A stretch of DNA of 64,000 nucleotides from an uncultured Pseudomonadales bacterium (GCA_964439805.1 CAYTOI010000003.1:36844-100843), one strand, 5' to 3'; positions 18,845 through 28,176 are shown, counted from the first letter of the stretch. Numbers and translations: made by a program. Notes: a model not told the origin generated them from the sequence alone.

Positions 18845-19058
18845 TTTCCAGATGCCGGGAGAAAGCGACAGGGGTCTCTCAGAAGCCCAAAAAGCAATAT
18901 CATTTCAGATATTCTTAAGGCTCTTGATAGCTGCAGTTGTTCTTGGTTTGCTTGGTGGGTTTCTAGTAATCCTAATGCAAACTTGGGCATGGGTTCTGAT
19001 CTGGTTTGCCGTTGTTATCGGCTTTTGGGCTCTACTGTATGGTTCAGCCAGCCAATAG
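18834..19058 (+). CDS. small membrane protein
   Basis: Two TM segments; overlaps the previous gene by 11 nt. Confidence 0.35.
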   Translation: MSFNFQMPGESDRGLSEAQKAISFQIFLRLLIAAVVLGLLGGFLVILMQTWAWVLIWFAVVIGFWALLYGSASQ

Positions 19059-19126
19059 GCATGAATCGCTTCTACGACTCGTCACTTTAAAAGGTGGCGA
19101 GTTTTTTATGGCCAAAAATACCTAAA

Positions 19127-19150
19127 CCTGACATCTGAGATCTGAGAACT
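19127..19150. repeat. repeat family B copy (AGATCTG heptamer array), intergenic
   Basis: cctgacatctgagatctgagaactg. Confidence 0.6.
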
Positions 19151-19186
19151 GCAAACTTGCCCCAGGCGTGTTAAAATACTGGAGCT

Positions 19187-19540
19187 ATGAAACAGAATAT
19201 TCATCCTCAATACGAACAAATGGAAGTAAATTGTGCCTGCGGCAACAAATTTGTTGTTGGCGGAACCCGCAAAACACTTCACATCGACGTATGTGACAAA
19301 TGCCACCCTTTCTTTACTGGTACCCAAAAATTCATCGACGCTCTAGGTAGAGTAGACAAATTTATGGCCAAGAGAACTGCTGCTGCAGGATATGTAAAGA
19401 AGAACAAAAAAGGTTCTGATACTGTAGACTCCACTCCTAAGACACTCAAAGAAATGCTCGAGGCCAAAAAAGCCGCCGATGCTAAAGTGAAAAAAGAAGT
19501 TGTTGAAGCTGTCGAAGAAGCCACTCCAGCCACTGTCTAG
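19187..19540 (+). CDS. rpmE: 50S ribosomal protein L31 with Lys/Ala-rich C-terminal extension
   Basis: MKQNIHPQY, CxC...CxxCHPFFTG zinc ribbon; about 45 extra C-terminal residues. Confidence 0.85.
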   Translation: MKQNIHPQYEQMEVNCACGNKFVVGGTRKTLHIDVCDKCHPFFTGTQKFIDALGRVDKFMAKRTAAAGYVKKNKKGSDTVDSTPKTLKEMLEAKKAADAKVKKEVVEAVEEATPATV

Positions 19541-19570
19541 ATCCATTTAACCCCAAAAGACTCCCATTAC

Positions 19571-19600
19571 CTGACATCTGAGATCTGAAATCTGTGATCT
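19571..19600. repeat. repeat family B copy, intergenic
   Basis: ctgacatctgagatctgaaatctgtgatct. Confidence 0.6.
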
Positions 19601-19609
19601 AATAATATT

Positions 19610-20533
19610 ATGGACAACAATCCCTACATCCAAGCAGAAATTGAGCGTCTCAAGGCTGAAATAGCCTCAAACGAAGCCTTAATTGCAGACCCAGAACTAG
19701 GACCTCTTGCCGTGTCCGAAATCGAAAGGCTAAACCAAGCCATCAGCCAGCTTACCCAAACCAACACCCACGAAGAATCAGCCTCAGAATCAGAAAATTT
19801 CAACTCCGCACCTGCTATTATCGAAGTCCGAGGCGCAGCCGGTGGTGACGAATCAAAAATCTTCGCCGAGGATCTTCTCCGAATGTATACCCGCTTTGCC
19901 CAAAACCATGGCTTCTCCCTAGAATACCTAGACGACGACGTCATCAAAATTAGCCGACCAGATCGCACCCTATGGAATCATGGTGCTTATGAGACCTTCC
20001 AATACGAGTCTGGCGTTCACCGCGTCCAGAGAGTCCCAGAAACCGAGGCCCAAGGCAGAATCCACACTAGCACAGCTACAATTGCCGTATTGCCAGAGAT
20101 CAAGTCCAATCAGTATGAAGTTAAAGACCAAGACCTATCCTGGCAGTTTACTCGTGCAGGTGGACCAGGAGGCCAAAACGTCAATAAAGTAAACACTGCT
20201 GTTCGCCTTACCCACGTTCCCACAGGCGTTACCGTCTTTGTGCGTGAGGAACGATATCAAGCTAGAAACAAAGAAATTGCTCTAAACCTACTCAGATCCC
20301 GCCTCTGGCAAGCAGAAGAAGACAAAAGAATGGCCGCAATCTCTAGCCAGCGCGCAGAAGCAGTTGGGTCAGGATCACGCTCGGAAAAAATAAAAACCTA
20401 CAACTTCCCCCAAAACAGACTCACCGACCACAGACTAAACCAATCTTGGCACAATCTCAAAGATGTCATGGAAGGCGAACTCGAAGACGTCTTCGAAACA
20501 ACCCTATCCTTCTTCTCCCCTCCTCAACAATAA
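19610..20533 (+). CDS. prfA: peptide chain release factor 1
   Basis: GGQ motif (AGGPGGQNVNKV) and PET tripeptide (RVPETEAQGRIHTS) as in RF1. Confidence 0.9.
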   Translation: MDNNPYIQAEIERLKAEIASNEALIADPELGPLAVSEIERLNQAISQLTQTNTHEESASESENFNSAPAIIEVRGAAGGDESKIFAEDLLRMYTRFAQNHGFSLEYLDDDVIKISRPDRTLWNHGAYETFQYESGVHRVQRVPETEAQGRIHTSTATIAVLPEIKSNQYEVKDQDLSWQFTRAGGPGGQNVNKVNTAVRLTHVPTGVTVFVREERYQARNKEIALNLLRSRLWQAEEDKRMAAISSQRAEAVGSGSRSEKIKTYNFPQNRLTDHRLNQSWHNLKDVMEGELEDVFETTLSFFSPPQQ

Positions 20534-20627
20534 GGTCATTACAATATTTTTTTGGCTAAATAGCCAAAAACTGAACTTAATGCTAAAATAGCCATCGAAC
20601 GCAAATTTATAAGTTAAGGAGTTGTAC

Positions 20628-21248
20628 ATGGAATTAAAGTCGGTTGGCTATTGGACAGTTAAGGTTGCAAATAAGTATATGATTTTGGTTGCAGGTGAGG
20701 TGACCCAAAAAATTCCCCTACCCGTAACAGCCAATACAGTAAGGCTGGAAGATTCCCTGGGCACCAAAATTTGCTACCGTAGTCCCGAAAATTATCTTGA
20801 AGTTTTCAGCTCCGTCTCCATCTTGGCAATTTTTGACCCTCGGTTTGACGAACTAAAGCTTGTTGAACCAACTCCCTCAGAATGGTTAGAATTTTTAATC
20901 AGCGCGGTCTCCGATCACGAGTCAATACAGCAAGCAAAAAACATTTTGGCAATACTCAAAAATCGCCTTGCTGCACAGCTTGAAGTCCTTAATAAGATCA
21001 AAGACAACCTTCCCAAAAATGGCATTGTCAAACAGTCAGCCAATGTCTTGAAAACAATTAATTGGAAAGGCTCAATAATGGAAGTCTGGCGAGCGTACGA
21101 CAAGGCTTACCCCGATAAATCTTTGTCAATTCAAGAAAAAACCCCAGAAATGATCAAATCATGGCTCAAGAGCTGGTTAACATCTTACTCCCGACCCGAA
21201 AACACCACCAGAACTACTGAAAAAAGTGAGGTAAAAGAAAATGACTAA
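20628..21248 (+). CDS. hypothetical protein
   Basis: ATG with AAGGAG RBS 6 nt upstream (the track start at 20622 is TTG). Confidence 0.4.
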   Translation: MELKSVGYWTVKVANKYMILVAGEVTQKIPLPVTANTVRLEDSLGTKICYRSPENYLEVFSSVSILAIFDPRFDELKLVEPTPSEWLEFLISAVSDHESIQQAKNILAILKNRLAAQLEVLNKIKDNLPKNGIVKQSANVLKTINWKGSIMEVWRAYDKAYPDKSLSIQEKTPEMIKSWLKSWLTSYSRPENTTRTTEKSEVKEND

Positions 21249-21522
21249 TAAAAATAATCTCCCCATCGACGATGGAAGCAACAATCGCGACAATCCCGAA
21301 CGTGACAATATCCATTGGACTGGCAGCATTCAAGTAAAGCCTGTACGATTCCATGTTGGACCTACCCAAAAACGCCAGTTTCACTGGATCGTATTTGCGC
21401 TGGCCCTCCTGCTCTACTTCATCGCCAAGGCAGTTTCAGTCAGCCTCAACTTACCGATCGATATGTATGCTGTGGTAATTATCGTGGCCGCACTTGCTGC
21501 CTACCACCACTACTACAAGTAG
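21241..21522 (+). CDS. hypothetical protein with C-terminal TM helix
   Basis: Overlaps the upstream stop; hydrophobic C-terminus; terminator follows. Confidence 0.35.
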   Translation: MTNKNNLPIDDGSNNRDNPERDNIHWTGSIQVKPVRFHVGPTQKRQFHWIVFALALLLYFIAKAVSVSLNLPIDMYAVVIIVAALAAYHHYYK

Positions 21523-21530
21523 TTCTCCTC

Positions 21531-21571
21531 AAACCCAAAAGCCCTCGAATTCGAGGGCTTTTTCATATTTT
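21531..21571 (+). terminator. rho-independent terminator (paralogous to 22667-22714)
   Basis: aacccaaaagccctcgaattcgagggcttttt. Confidence 0.6.
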
Positions 21572-21640
21572 GACCACAAATCTACCAAAATGTGGTATAA
21601 TATAGGATATCCCAAATCGCAGTTTTAAAAGGAGCTAAAG

Positions 21641-22066
21641 ATGGCAAAAGATATTACAGATGGAATTGATCTAAAGTGCAAAAAAGCTGGGTGCGAAGGC
21701 AAGATTCATGTGACATTCCGTCAATGGTACAAACGTGATTTTATGATTGCAGAAGATGGTAAGTGCATTCAATTTTGCGATGGAAACGCTACCGACTCAC
21801 CGATTGTGTGTAGTCTTTGCGGATCCCAATACAAATTCAACACTCTCTTCGAAGTGAGTGAAGAAGATCTGGCCGCAATTATGACTTACATTAAAGCTAC
21901 AGCACCAAAAGCATACCCGTATGTCATCGGTGGTGGAGCATATGCAAGCCCAGGCGGTACTGCAGTCGGCGAAGGTGGAATTTTAATAGAAAACCAACGT
22001 AACGATTTAGAAATTAATATCATTACCAACGGCAAAAAACGAACCATCTCGATTTCATCGAAATAA
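21641..22066 (+). CDS. hypothetical zinc-ribbon protein with Gly-rich beta C-terminus
   Basis: CKKAGC...CSLCG (CxxxC/CxxC) N-terminus. RBS AAAGGAG; extended -10 tggtataat at 21583. Confidence 0.45.
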   Translation: MAKDITDGIDLKCKKAGCEGKIHVTFRQWYKRDFMIAEDGKCIQFCDGNATDSPIVCSLCGSQYKFNTLFEVSEEDLAAIMTYIKATAPKAYPYVIGGGAYASPGGTAVGEGGILIENQRNDLEINIITNGKKRTISISSK

Positions 22067-22132
22067 ATCCAAAAGTCTCACTGATTTACAGAAGTTTGGC
22101 TTAATTTTTTATCTCAACGAAAGGAGAAAAAA

Positions 22133-22663
22133 ATGGAATTCACATGCACAAGATGCACGTCTGAAATAAAAATCATTGGACCATACACACCAAAACTTGC
22201 TCGAACAACACGGTTAATAACATCCCATGATGGTTTAAATAAAATGGCAGTAACCAACGACGTTGTACACTGTAGCAATTGCGGTGCCATAAGCCATGTC
22301 TTGACGTCAGCCAACTGGCTTGATCTGCTTCTCGCCGATCTAAACGAAGGTTGCTTGCTTGTAATCAAATCACTGACAGATGTCTACCTGATTTATCATA
22401 CCGAGTACGATGTTAGCAAGCCACTGTACAAACTAGATCAGGTCGAAATCGATCAGTTTGTCTCATTGTGTGGTATCACATTCAAGCAATTAGGCACCTC
22501 TAACGGCTCAACCGTTATCGCAAACCTCACAGTAAACGGAAATGTTAATGCAAACATAGTCATTGGTAACGACAACCAGAGTAAAACCACTATCAAAGCA
22601 AAAGGCATTGATATCAATGTAATCATGTTAGGAGATGGCTTAATTTTTACAAACAGAAAGTAG
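22133..22663 (+). CDS. hypothetical zinc-ribbon protein with beta-rich C-terminus (paralog-like to 21641)
   Basis: CTRC...CSNCG N-terminus, RBS AAGGAGA, same terminator type as the previous gene. Confidence 0.45.
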   Translation: MEFTCTRCTSEIKIIGPYTPKLARTTRLITSHDGLNKMAVTNDVVHCSNCGAISHVLTSANWLDLLLADLNEGCLLVIKSLTDVYLIYHTEYDVSKPLYKLDQVEIDQFVSLCGITFKQLGTSNGSTVIANLTVNGNVNANIVIGNDNQSKTTIKAKGIDINVIMLGDGLIFTNRK

Positions 22664-22666
22664 CTC

Positions 22667-22714
22667 ATCAACCCAAAAGCCCTCGAGTTTAAACGCTCGG
22701 GGGCTTCTTTTTTT
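22667..22714 (+). terminator. rho-independent terminator
   Basis: cccaaaagccctcgagtttaaacgctcgggggcttcttttttt. Confidence 0.6.
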
Positions 22715-22725
22715 GATATAGTCAT

Positions 22726-22748
22726 CAATCCGCCTTTGGCGGATATTA
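22726..22748. repeat. conserved hairpin element caatccgcc-NNNN-ggcggatatta (copy 1)
   Basis: Nearly identical to 24241-24263; 7-bp stem atccgcc/ggcggat. Confidence 0.45.
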
Positions 22749-23963
22749 CTTGGGTTCTTGAGTTTTTGAGTTCTTCAGTTCTTTAAGTACTTCCAACGCC
22801 TTCTCCAACTGATTATCAGCCTTAGGATCTTTCTCATTATATTTAAACTCCACTTTCACATCTGGTTCAAGTCCATCACCATGAATATTTTTTCCAGAAG
22901 GAAGCAACCATTCAGCAATAGTAACGTGCAAAGATGAACCATCACCAATTTCTTGTGCTTCTTGTACAGTCCCTTTTCCAAAACTCTTCTCTCCTACTAG
23001 CTTAACCCCAAGTCTTTCTTTGAGCGCTCCAGCTAATATTTCTGACGCTGATGCAGAACCTTTGTTGATAAGTACTACAAGTGGCATACCAATTAGTTTT
23101 CCTTTGCGATCTACATTAAGAGACTCAGTCCCCTTTCTGTCTCGCTGAGAAACTATCACTCCATCACTTATAAACTCACTACCAAGGTCTACAGCTCTCT
23201 GTAGGTATCCACCAGGGTTATTTCGAACGTCTAGAATTACACCAGTAGCTTTTTTTGCTAGAATTTCTTTTACAAATCCTTCCCACTCTGGCAATGTTTT
23301 CTCTCCAAACTTGTTTACTCTTATTACGGCTACTTTGCCATTATCAATCCACTCAAGCTCTGTAGAAGGTACATTTATCATGTCGCGAACCAATGCAATC
23401 TCTTTACTTTGTTTTTCTTTTACTGAAAATATTGTAAGTTTCACGGTAGTCCCCTTTTCTCCTCGAATCAGATTAACTGCCTCCTCAAGACCAATTCCAG
23501 AAGTATCTTTCTTTACTCCCTTAGCCTCATCAACAATTTTCAAGATCAAATCCCCTGCCACAATCCCGGCTTTAGCTGCCGGACTGTCTTTGATAGGGCT
23601 CATAACCGCCAAAGTTTTCTCTACATACCCTAGCTGAATTCCGACACCACCAAATTCACCTTTAAGGTCTTCTTTTGATCTTGTATTTTCTACTGGTGGA
23701 AAAAAGGCAGTGTAAGGATCGCCCAAAGAAGCAGTCATTCCCTCAGCTGCCCCATACATGAGTTTTTTAGCGTCAATTGCTTCTGGCTTAAGATAGTCTT
23801 TCTTCAACCTCTCAAGGACATTATTCATGACCTTGGTGTTTACTTCACTAGGTACATTACTACTAGATAATAGCTGTCTCTCTTTATATACAGAGCCGCC
23901 TACAAACGACATTCCAGCAACAAAAATAACAACCAAAAAGTTACGAACGTTCTTCAAGTTCAT
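22746..23963 (-). CDS. ctpA: carboxyl-terminal processing protease (S41 family)
   Basis: PDZ plus S41 peptidase domain; N-terminal membrane anchor. The last 12 codons including the stop are built from a family-A repeat. Confidence 0.85.
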   Translation of the reverse strand: MNLKNVRNFLVVIFVAGMSFVGGSVYKERQLLSSSNVPSEVNTKVMNNVLERLKKDYLKPEAIDAKKLMYGAAEGMTASLGDPYTAFFPPVENTRSKEDLKGEFGGVGIQLGYVEKTLAVMSPIKDSPAAKAGIVAGDLILKIVDEAKGVKKDTSGIGLEEAVNLIRGEKGTTVKLTIFSVKEKQSKEIALVRDMINVPSTELEWIDNGKVAVIRVNKFGEKTLPEWEGFVKEILAKKATGVILDVRNNPGGYLQRAVDLGSEFISDGVIVSQRDRKGTESLNVDRKGKLIGMPLVVLINKGSASASEILAGALKERLGVKLVGEKSFGKGTVQEAQEIGDGSSLHVTIAEWLLPSGKNIHGDGLEPDVKVEFKYNEKDPKADNQLEKALEVLKELKNSKTQEPK

Positions 23964-23998
23964 GGGCAGAGCAATATATATTTTTGTAATTTCAATCC

Positions 23999-24229
23999 TT
24001 ACGCCTTATCAGTGAAAGGAAGAAGAGCCAAGTGTCTGGCTTGTTTCACGGAACGTGCCATTCTTAGCTGGTGTTTTTCGCAAACTCCAGTTGTCCATCG
24101 GGCAACAATTCTTTTTTTAGGTGAAATACCAATAGCCAAGGATTCTAGATCCGAGTACTTAGGCTCAACTTTTTTAACACAAAAAGGGCATGGCTTTTTG
24201 GACTTACGATTTTTTTTCTTTAATATCAT
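23999..24229 (-). CDS. rpsR: 30S ribosomal protein S18
   Basis: 76 aa; CPFC...KYSDLESL...RMARSVKQARHLALLP conserved S18 core. Confidence 0.85.
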   Translation of the reverse strand: MILKKKNRKSKKPCPFCVKKVEPKYSDLESLAIGISPKKRIVARWTTGVCEKHQLRMARSVKQARHLALLPFTDKA

Positions 24230-24240
24230 TTTCTTGTATT

Positions 24241-24263
24241 CAATCCGCCTATGGCGGATATTA
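24241..24263. repeat. conserved hairpin element (copy 2)
   Basis: caatccgcctatggcggatatta between ssb and rpsR. Confidence 0.45.
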
Positions 24264-24271
24264 TTAATTAT

Positions 24272-24775
24272 TTAAAATGGGATCTCATCTGTATTGTCTA
24301 CAGTTGAGGTGGTCTTGGAATCATCTGCACTAAATATCTCTTCAGCTGGTGAAGTAGTACTTGTTGATGTGGTTGGGCTAGGAGCATAAGCAGAAGCGTC
24401 AAAGTTAGTGGTATAGTTTCCTGCATTATTACCGTTCTTTGGAGCGTCCAAAGCCATCATTTCTTCAATGACTATTTCAGTAATTTGCTTGTCACTACCA
24501 TCTTGGGTTTTCCATTGTCTGGTTTGAAGTCTTCCTTCTACAAAAACCTTGCGGCCTTTTTGAAGTAATTGACTACAAATTTCGCCCAATTTTCCCCAGG
24601 CTACTATGCGGTGAAACTCAGCACCTTCTTGCTTTTGGCCAGAAGAGTCGGTCCACTCACGATTGGTAGCGATACCAAAGGTACAAACTGCACTACCCTG
24701 AGGGGTATATTTTAGTTCTGGGTCTCTTGTTAAGTTCCCTATTAAGGTAACTCTGTTTAAACTTCTTGTGCTCAT
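24272..24775 (-). CDS. ssb: single-stranded DNA-binding protein
   Basis: OB-fold core (NRVTLIGNLTRDPELKYTPQG...), disordered tail, C-terminal acidic DEIPF. Confidence 0.9.
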   Translation of the reverse strand: MSTRSLNRVTLIGNLTRDPELKYTPQGSAVCTFGIATNREWTDSSGQKQEGAEFHRIVAWGKLGEICSQLLQKGRKVFVEGRLQTRQWKTQDGSDKQITEIVIEEMMALDAPKNGNNAGNYTTNFDASAYAPSPTTSTSTTSPAEEIFSADDSKTTSTVDNTDEIPF

Positions 24776-24785
24776 ATTTTTAGAA

Positions 24786-25103
24786 TTAAATTCTAATCAT
24801 TAAAAATCTTAACATTTTGTCATCCATCTGCAAATCCTTCTCCAGGAGTTTTGCTGACTCTGTGCTACCCTCAATTACCAGCTTAAGGTAATATCCTCGG
24901 GACTGTTTTTTAATCTCGTATGCCATGGTTTTGGTTCCCCATTTGTCAGTTTCTACTACCTTCAAACCGCGCTTTTTGCACTTCTCGTTGATCTGCTTCT
25001 CAGCACCAACTTCGTTTTCGGAGGTAGGATAAATGACAACGAGCTCATACTTAGCTTCCGCTGAGCCCATGGACTTTGTGTTTTCGGTTGTCTTTTTAGC
25101 CAT
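24786..25103 (-). CDS. rpsF: 30S ribosomal protein S6
   Basis: YELVVIYP start and rpsF-ssb-rpsR gene order. Confidence 0.85.
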   Translation of the reverse strand: MAKKTTENTKSMGSAEAKYELVVIYPTSENEVGAEKQINEKCKKRGLKVVETDKWGTKTMAYEIKKQSRGYYLKLVIEGSTESAKLLEKDLQMDDKMLRFLMIRI

Positions 25104-25230
25104 ATTTAGCTTATTTTATTAACTTATGTATTCTACTACATATACCCCACCCAAACCAGCCCTAAGGATATAGGCCTATATATATGCTATAATACCCACA
25201 GCTTCGCATCTTGATAAATAGGAGAAAGAC

Positions 25231-25404
25231 ATGAAATACATACCCGCACTTATTTTTACCATTCCAATCGCAGTTAGCATGGTCAAGTTAATAGATTTAG
25301 TGAAAAACTCCACTGGATTAGAGAGCGTCTTAGCTTATGGATTTTGGTTCATTGGATCGTGCTTGTTGCTTATCGCTGCCTTGTATTTTGCAAAAAACAG
25401 CTAA
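25231..25404 (+). CDS. small membrane protein (57 aa), tandem paralog 1
   Basis: Preceded by CTTGATAAATAGGAGAAA, the same 18-nt RBS context as the next ORF; two TM helices. Confidence 0.35.
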   Translation: MKYIPALIFTIPIAVSMVKLIDLVKNSTGLESVLAYGFWFIGSCLLLIAALYFAKNS

Positions 25405-25447
25405 TTCGCTGACATCATATTACAACTTGATAAATAGGAGAAATTGT

Positions 25448-25624
25448 ATGAATAAAATACCGGTATTTTTAGCAGCTTTACCAACAGTAATTATCATGTC
25501 ATTGTTAATACGTTCATTGGAAACTGCCAAAGGAATAGAAATTATCTTAATCTTAGGCTTTTTGTTCATTGGATACTGCATAATGCTGGTTGCAGCAATG
25601 TATTGGGCAACAAAAAACAAATAA
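25448..25624 (+). CDS. small membrane protein (58 aa), tandem paralog 2
   Basis: Same RBS context; similar 2-TM architecture; terminator follows. Confidence 0.4.
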   Translation: MNKIPVFLAALPTVIIMSLLIRSLETAKGIEIILILGFLFIGYCIMLVAAMYWATKNK

Positions 25625-25628
25625 ATCA

Positions 25629-25656
25629 AGAGCCACCGCAAGGTGGCTTTTTTATG
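25629..25656 (+). terminator. rho-independent terminator
   Basis: gccaccgcaaggtggc followed by TTTTTT. Confidence 0.6.
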
Positions 25657-26698
25657 CCCCTATCATGTATTCCACGACATCTCCGTCTTTCATCACATAT
25701 TCCTTTCCCTCCATCCCCACCTTGCCCTTCTCCGCCGCTTCCTTCCAACCACCTAGTGCCACAAAGTCATCATACTTACATACTTTGGCTTTTATAAACT
25801 TCTTTTCAAAATCAGTGTGAATTACTCCAGCTGCCTGAGGGGCTCTTGTTCCATCTGTTATCGTCCAAGCTCTAGTTTCGGTAACTCCAGTCGTCAAAAA
25901 GCTAATAAGACCTAAAGTTTCGTAAGCTTTACGAATCAATCTATCTAGCCCTGACTCATTTAATCCCATCTCAGCAAGAAACATTTCCGCTTCCTCCTCT
26001 GGCAAACTACTTATTTCCGCCTCTATCTTGGCAGAAACACACAAATCTCCTCCGCTCACTCTCAACCTAGCATCATTTTCACTCACATTAAACACTTTAA
26101 TCTCTTTCTTCGCAGTCAACATACACAAATCTTTCACCAGCTCCAGCTCATCAAAAGCCAAAATCTCCCTTGCGGGTTTATTTTCATTTAAACCAACCCA
26201 AAGTCTCTCAACTAATTCTTTTTTCTTTAACTGTCTTGGGTCCTTGAGTTCTGGAGTTCTAGAGTTCTTTACTTTATCTACTGTTTCCAAATCCTTAAGT
26301 ATCAGCTCAGTTTCTATTACTTCGTAGTCAGTTTTTGGATCAACACTCCCCTCTTTTACAATTTCTTTATCATTAAAGTCGCGCAAAACCTGAAGTATTA
26401 CGTCCACCTCTCTAATATGTGTCAAAAACTTGTTTCCAAGACCAGCTCCAGTAGCAGCTCCAGCTACAAGACCAGCAATATCTACAAACTCCACAGTAGC
26501 AGGAACAATTTTGACACTACTAGACATCTTAGCTAGCACCTCAAGACGCTTATCTGGAACCTCAACAATACCCACGTTCGGCTCAATGGTGGCAAAGGGA
26601 TAATTGGCTACCAAAGCTTGCTGCTTCTTTAGAAGCGCATTAAATAACGTCGATTTCCCGACGTTTGGCAACCCCACAATCCCTACTTTAAGTGACAT
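25652..26698 (-). CDS. ychF: ribosome-binding ATPase YchF (Obg-family GTPase)
   Basis: GIVGLPNVGKSTLFNAL P-loop; TGS-like C-terminus. In-frame family-A repeat (VKNSRTPELKDPRQ) in the central helical domain. Confidence 0.9.
   Translation of the reverse strand: MSLKVGIVGLPNVGKSTLFNALLKKQQALVANYPFATIEPNVGIVEVPDKRLEVLAKMSSSVKIVPATVEFVDIAGLVAGAATGAGLGNKFLTHIREVDVILQVLRDFNDKEIVKEGSVDPKTDYEVIETELILKDLETVDKVKNSRTPELKDPRQLKKKELVERLWVGLNENKPAREILAFDELELVKDLCMLTAKKEIKVFNVSENDARLRVSGGDLCVSAKIEAEISSLPEEEAEMFLAEMGLNESGLDRLIRKAYETLGLISFLTTGVTETRAWTITDGTRAPQAAGVIHTDFEKKFIKAKVCKYDDFVALGGWKEAAEKGKVGMEGKEYVMKDGDVVEYMIGA
26235..26270. repeat. repeat family A copy, in frame inside ychF
   Basis: tccttgagttctggagttctagagttcttt. 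Confidence 0.7.
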
Positions 26699-26724
26699 CA
26701 GGCTATTTTAACGTAAAACCCCGC

Positions 26725-27249
26725 CTATTGCAGCGGGGTTAAGAGTTTTGAATACCAACGAGATTGAAGATAGGATTTATTCTTTTTGTATGCGATTATC
26801 GCTTCATAGTCACCTACTTCAGCCAAAAAATCAAAAACATCAGCAATCCTATATCTGTTATTTGAGGCATGAACAATAATTTGAGCTGCAATGTCAGCCA
26901 AAACAAGATTCGGATCGTCCATGCCACACAAAATAAACTGATGGCTTCTTTCTGATAGATTAAAAAACCTATCTTCTTTTGAGTATTTATTAAAGAATTT
27001 CTTCATACTCCTATCAGATGACTTTATTTGAACAGGTAATGTATAACTATTTCCTCCTAGCTTCAGTCTGTCTCCAAACAAATCAGTTACTTTTACATAC
27101 ATATCATAACCATGTTTGTCTTCTGGGCTGTTTTGAACTGTTTCAGTTACTGACAACACCCAGGGTCTATCAGAAAACACCATCCAAACTAATTTTGTGG
27201 ATATTTGACCTCTCTCATCAGGATCGGTAATGTCAGGCTGCTTTTTCAA
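26725..27249 (-). CDS. hypothetical protein (174 aa)
   Basis: ORF with its own terminator at 26706-26740 on the - strand. Confidence 0.4.
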   Translation of the reverse strand: MKKQPDITDPDERGQISTKLVWMVFSDRPWVLSVTETVQNSPEDKHGYDMYVKVTDLFGDRLKLGGNSYTLPVQIKSSDRSMKKFFNKYSKEDRFFNLSERSHQFILCGMDDPNLVLADIAAQIIVHASNNRYRIADVFDFLAEVGDYEAIIAYKKNKSYLQSRWYSKLLTPLQ

Positions 27250-27311
27250 ATAGTCATCTCCTTTATAAAAGAACTTGGACTATTCTATATCAAAGAGTCG
27301 TATTTAAGCTA

Positions 27312-27530
27312 TTACTTATTTTCTTCGCATTCCTTATATTTATTCTTAAAACTTATTATTTCTCGCCATGGCTTCTTTCTATCAATCACCAGCTTCCATC
27401 CCAAAAGCTCAATTCCTATCAAAGCCACCCACCATCCTGGAAGTATGGGCAAAATCATCCCAGCAATTCCAAAGATAATTAGGAAAATTCCCAAAGCTGT
27501 TCTAAGTGTGGTGATGGTCTTCTGATACAT
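27312..27530 (-). CDS. small membrane protein (72 aa)
   Basis: Two TM helices with an LPILPGWW motif. Confidence 0.35.
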   Translation of the reverse strand: MYQKTITTLRTALGIFLIIFGIAGMILPILPGWWVALIGIELLGWKLVIDRKKPWREIISFKNKYKECEENK

Positions 27531-27558
27531 GAATAGATATCAGTATACCCTACTCGTT

Positions 27559-28176
27559 TTATCTACCCAAGATAAAGCGAACGAGTCTCTGCCAGAAAGT
27601 TAATTCTCTTACTTCTGGAACCACAACTTCTTCGTTTACAGACGGAATGGTTATTACTCTCTCCTCTGTCTCTGTTGGAGTTGGGGTAACTACTGCGGGA
27701 GTTTCAGTTACTCTACTTAATACACTTCCTCTGGAAGTTCTAATACCAAACACACTTCCATTAGCACCTACAGTAATTTTTCTCTCATCCGAAAAAGGTC
27801 CAGGCATACAACCATTGTTAGCTTTTACAGCTGCATAATATGTTCCAGCTGGTAACATGTTGATGTTTACAGATCGAGAGTTGTTATCTCCAAAGTTCGA
27901 CATACCATATATATATTTACCAGGTTGGTTACCATAAGCCAAAGTCCAAGAAGTTGCACCAGATACTTCATTCCAACCAACTTCAATTTCACTAGCACCA
28001 GACTTTCGAACAAAAGAAAATGCAGCTTTTGCAGGAACTGAATTATTACAAACAGGAGCACTAGCAGGAGAAGATCCATAACCAGCAAAAACAGAAGATG
28101 CAAATACCGAGAGTAAAGAAACAGAAAGTACTGAAGCACTTGTAACTCCTACAAACTTTATTTTGTTGTTTTTCAT
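27559..28176 (-). CDS. secreted protein with signal peptide (FN3-like beta domain plus Thr/Pro linker)
   Basis: N-terminal signal peptide (SVFASSVFAGY); beta-rich middle; TPTPTETEE linker. Confidence 0.4.
   Translation of the reverse strand: MKNNKIKFVGVTSASVLSVSLLSVFASSVFAGYGSSPASAPVCNNSVPAKAAFSFVRKSGASEIEVGWNEVSGATSWTLAYGNQPGKYIYGMSNFGDNNSRSVNINMLPAGTYYAAVKANNGCMPGPFSDERKITVGANGSVFGIRTSRGSVLSRVTETPAVVTPTPTETEERVITIPSVNEEVVVPEVRELTFWQRLVRFILGR

Noticed and set aside
23311-23637. 108-aa + strand ORF inside ctpA (similar antisense ORFs at 43827..44198, 45296..45637, 54609..54998, 55128..55322, 47544..47774, 48083..48352)
   Set aside because: All lie antisense within well-supported genes and have low-complexity translations. 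Judged spurious.
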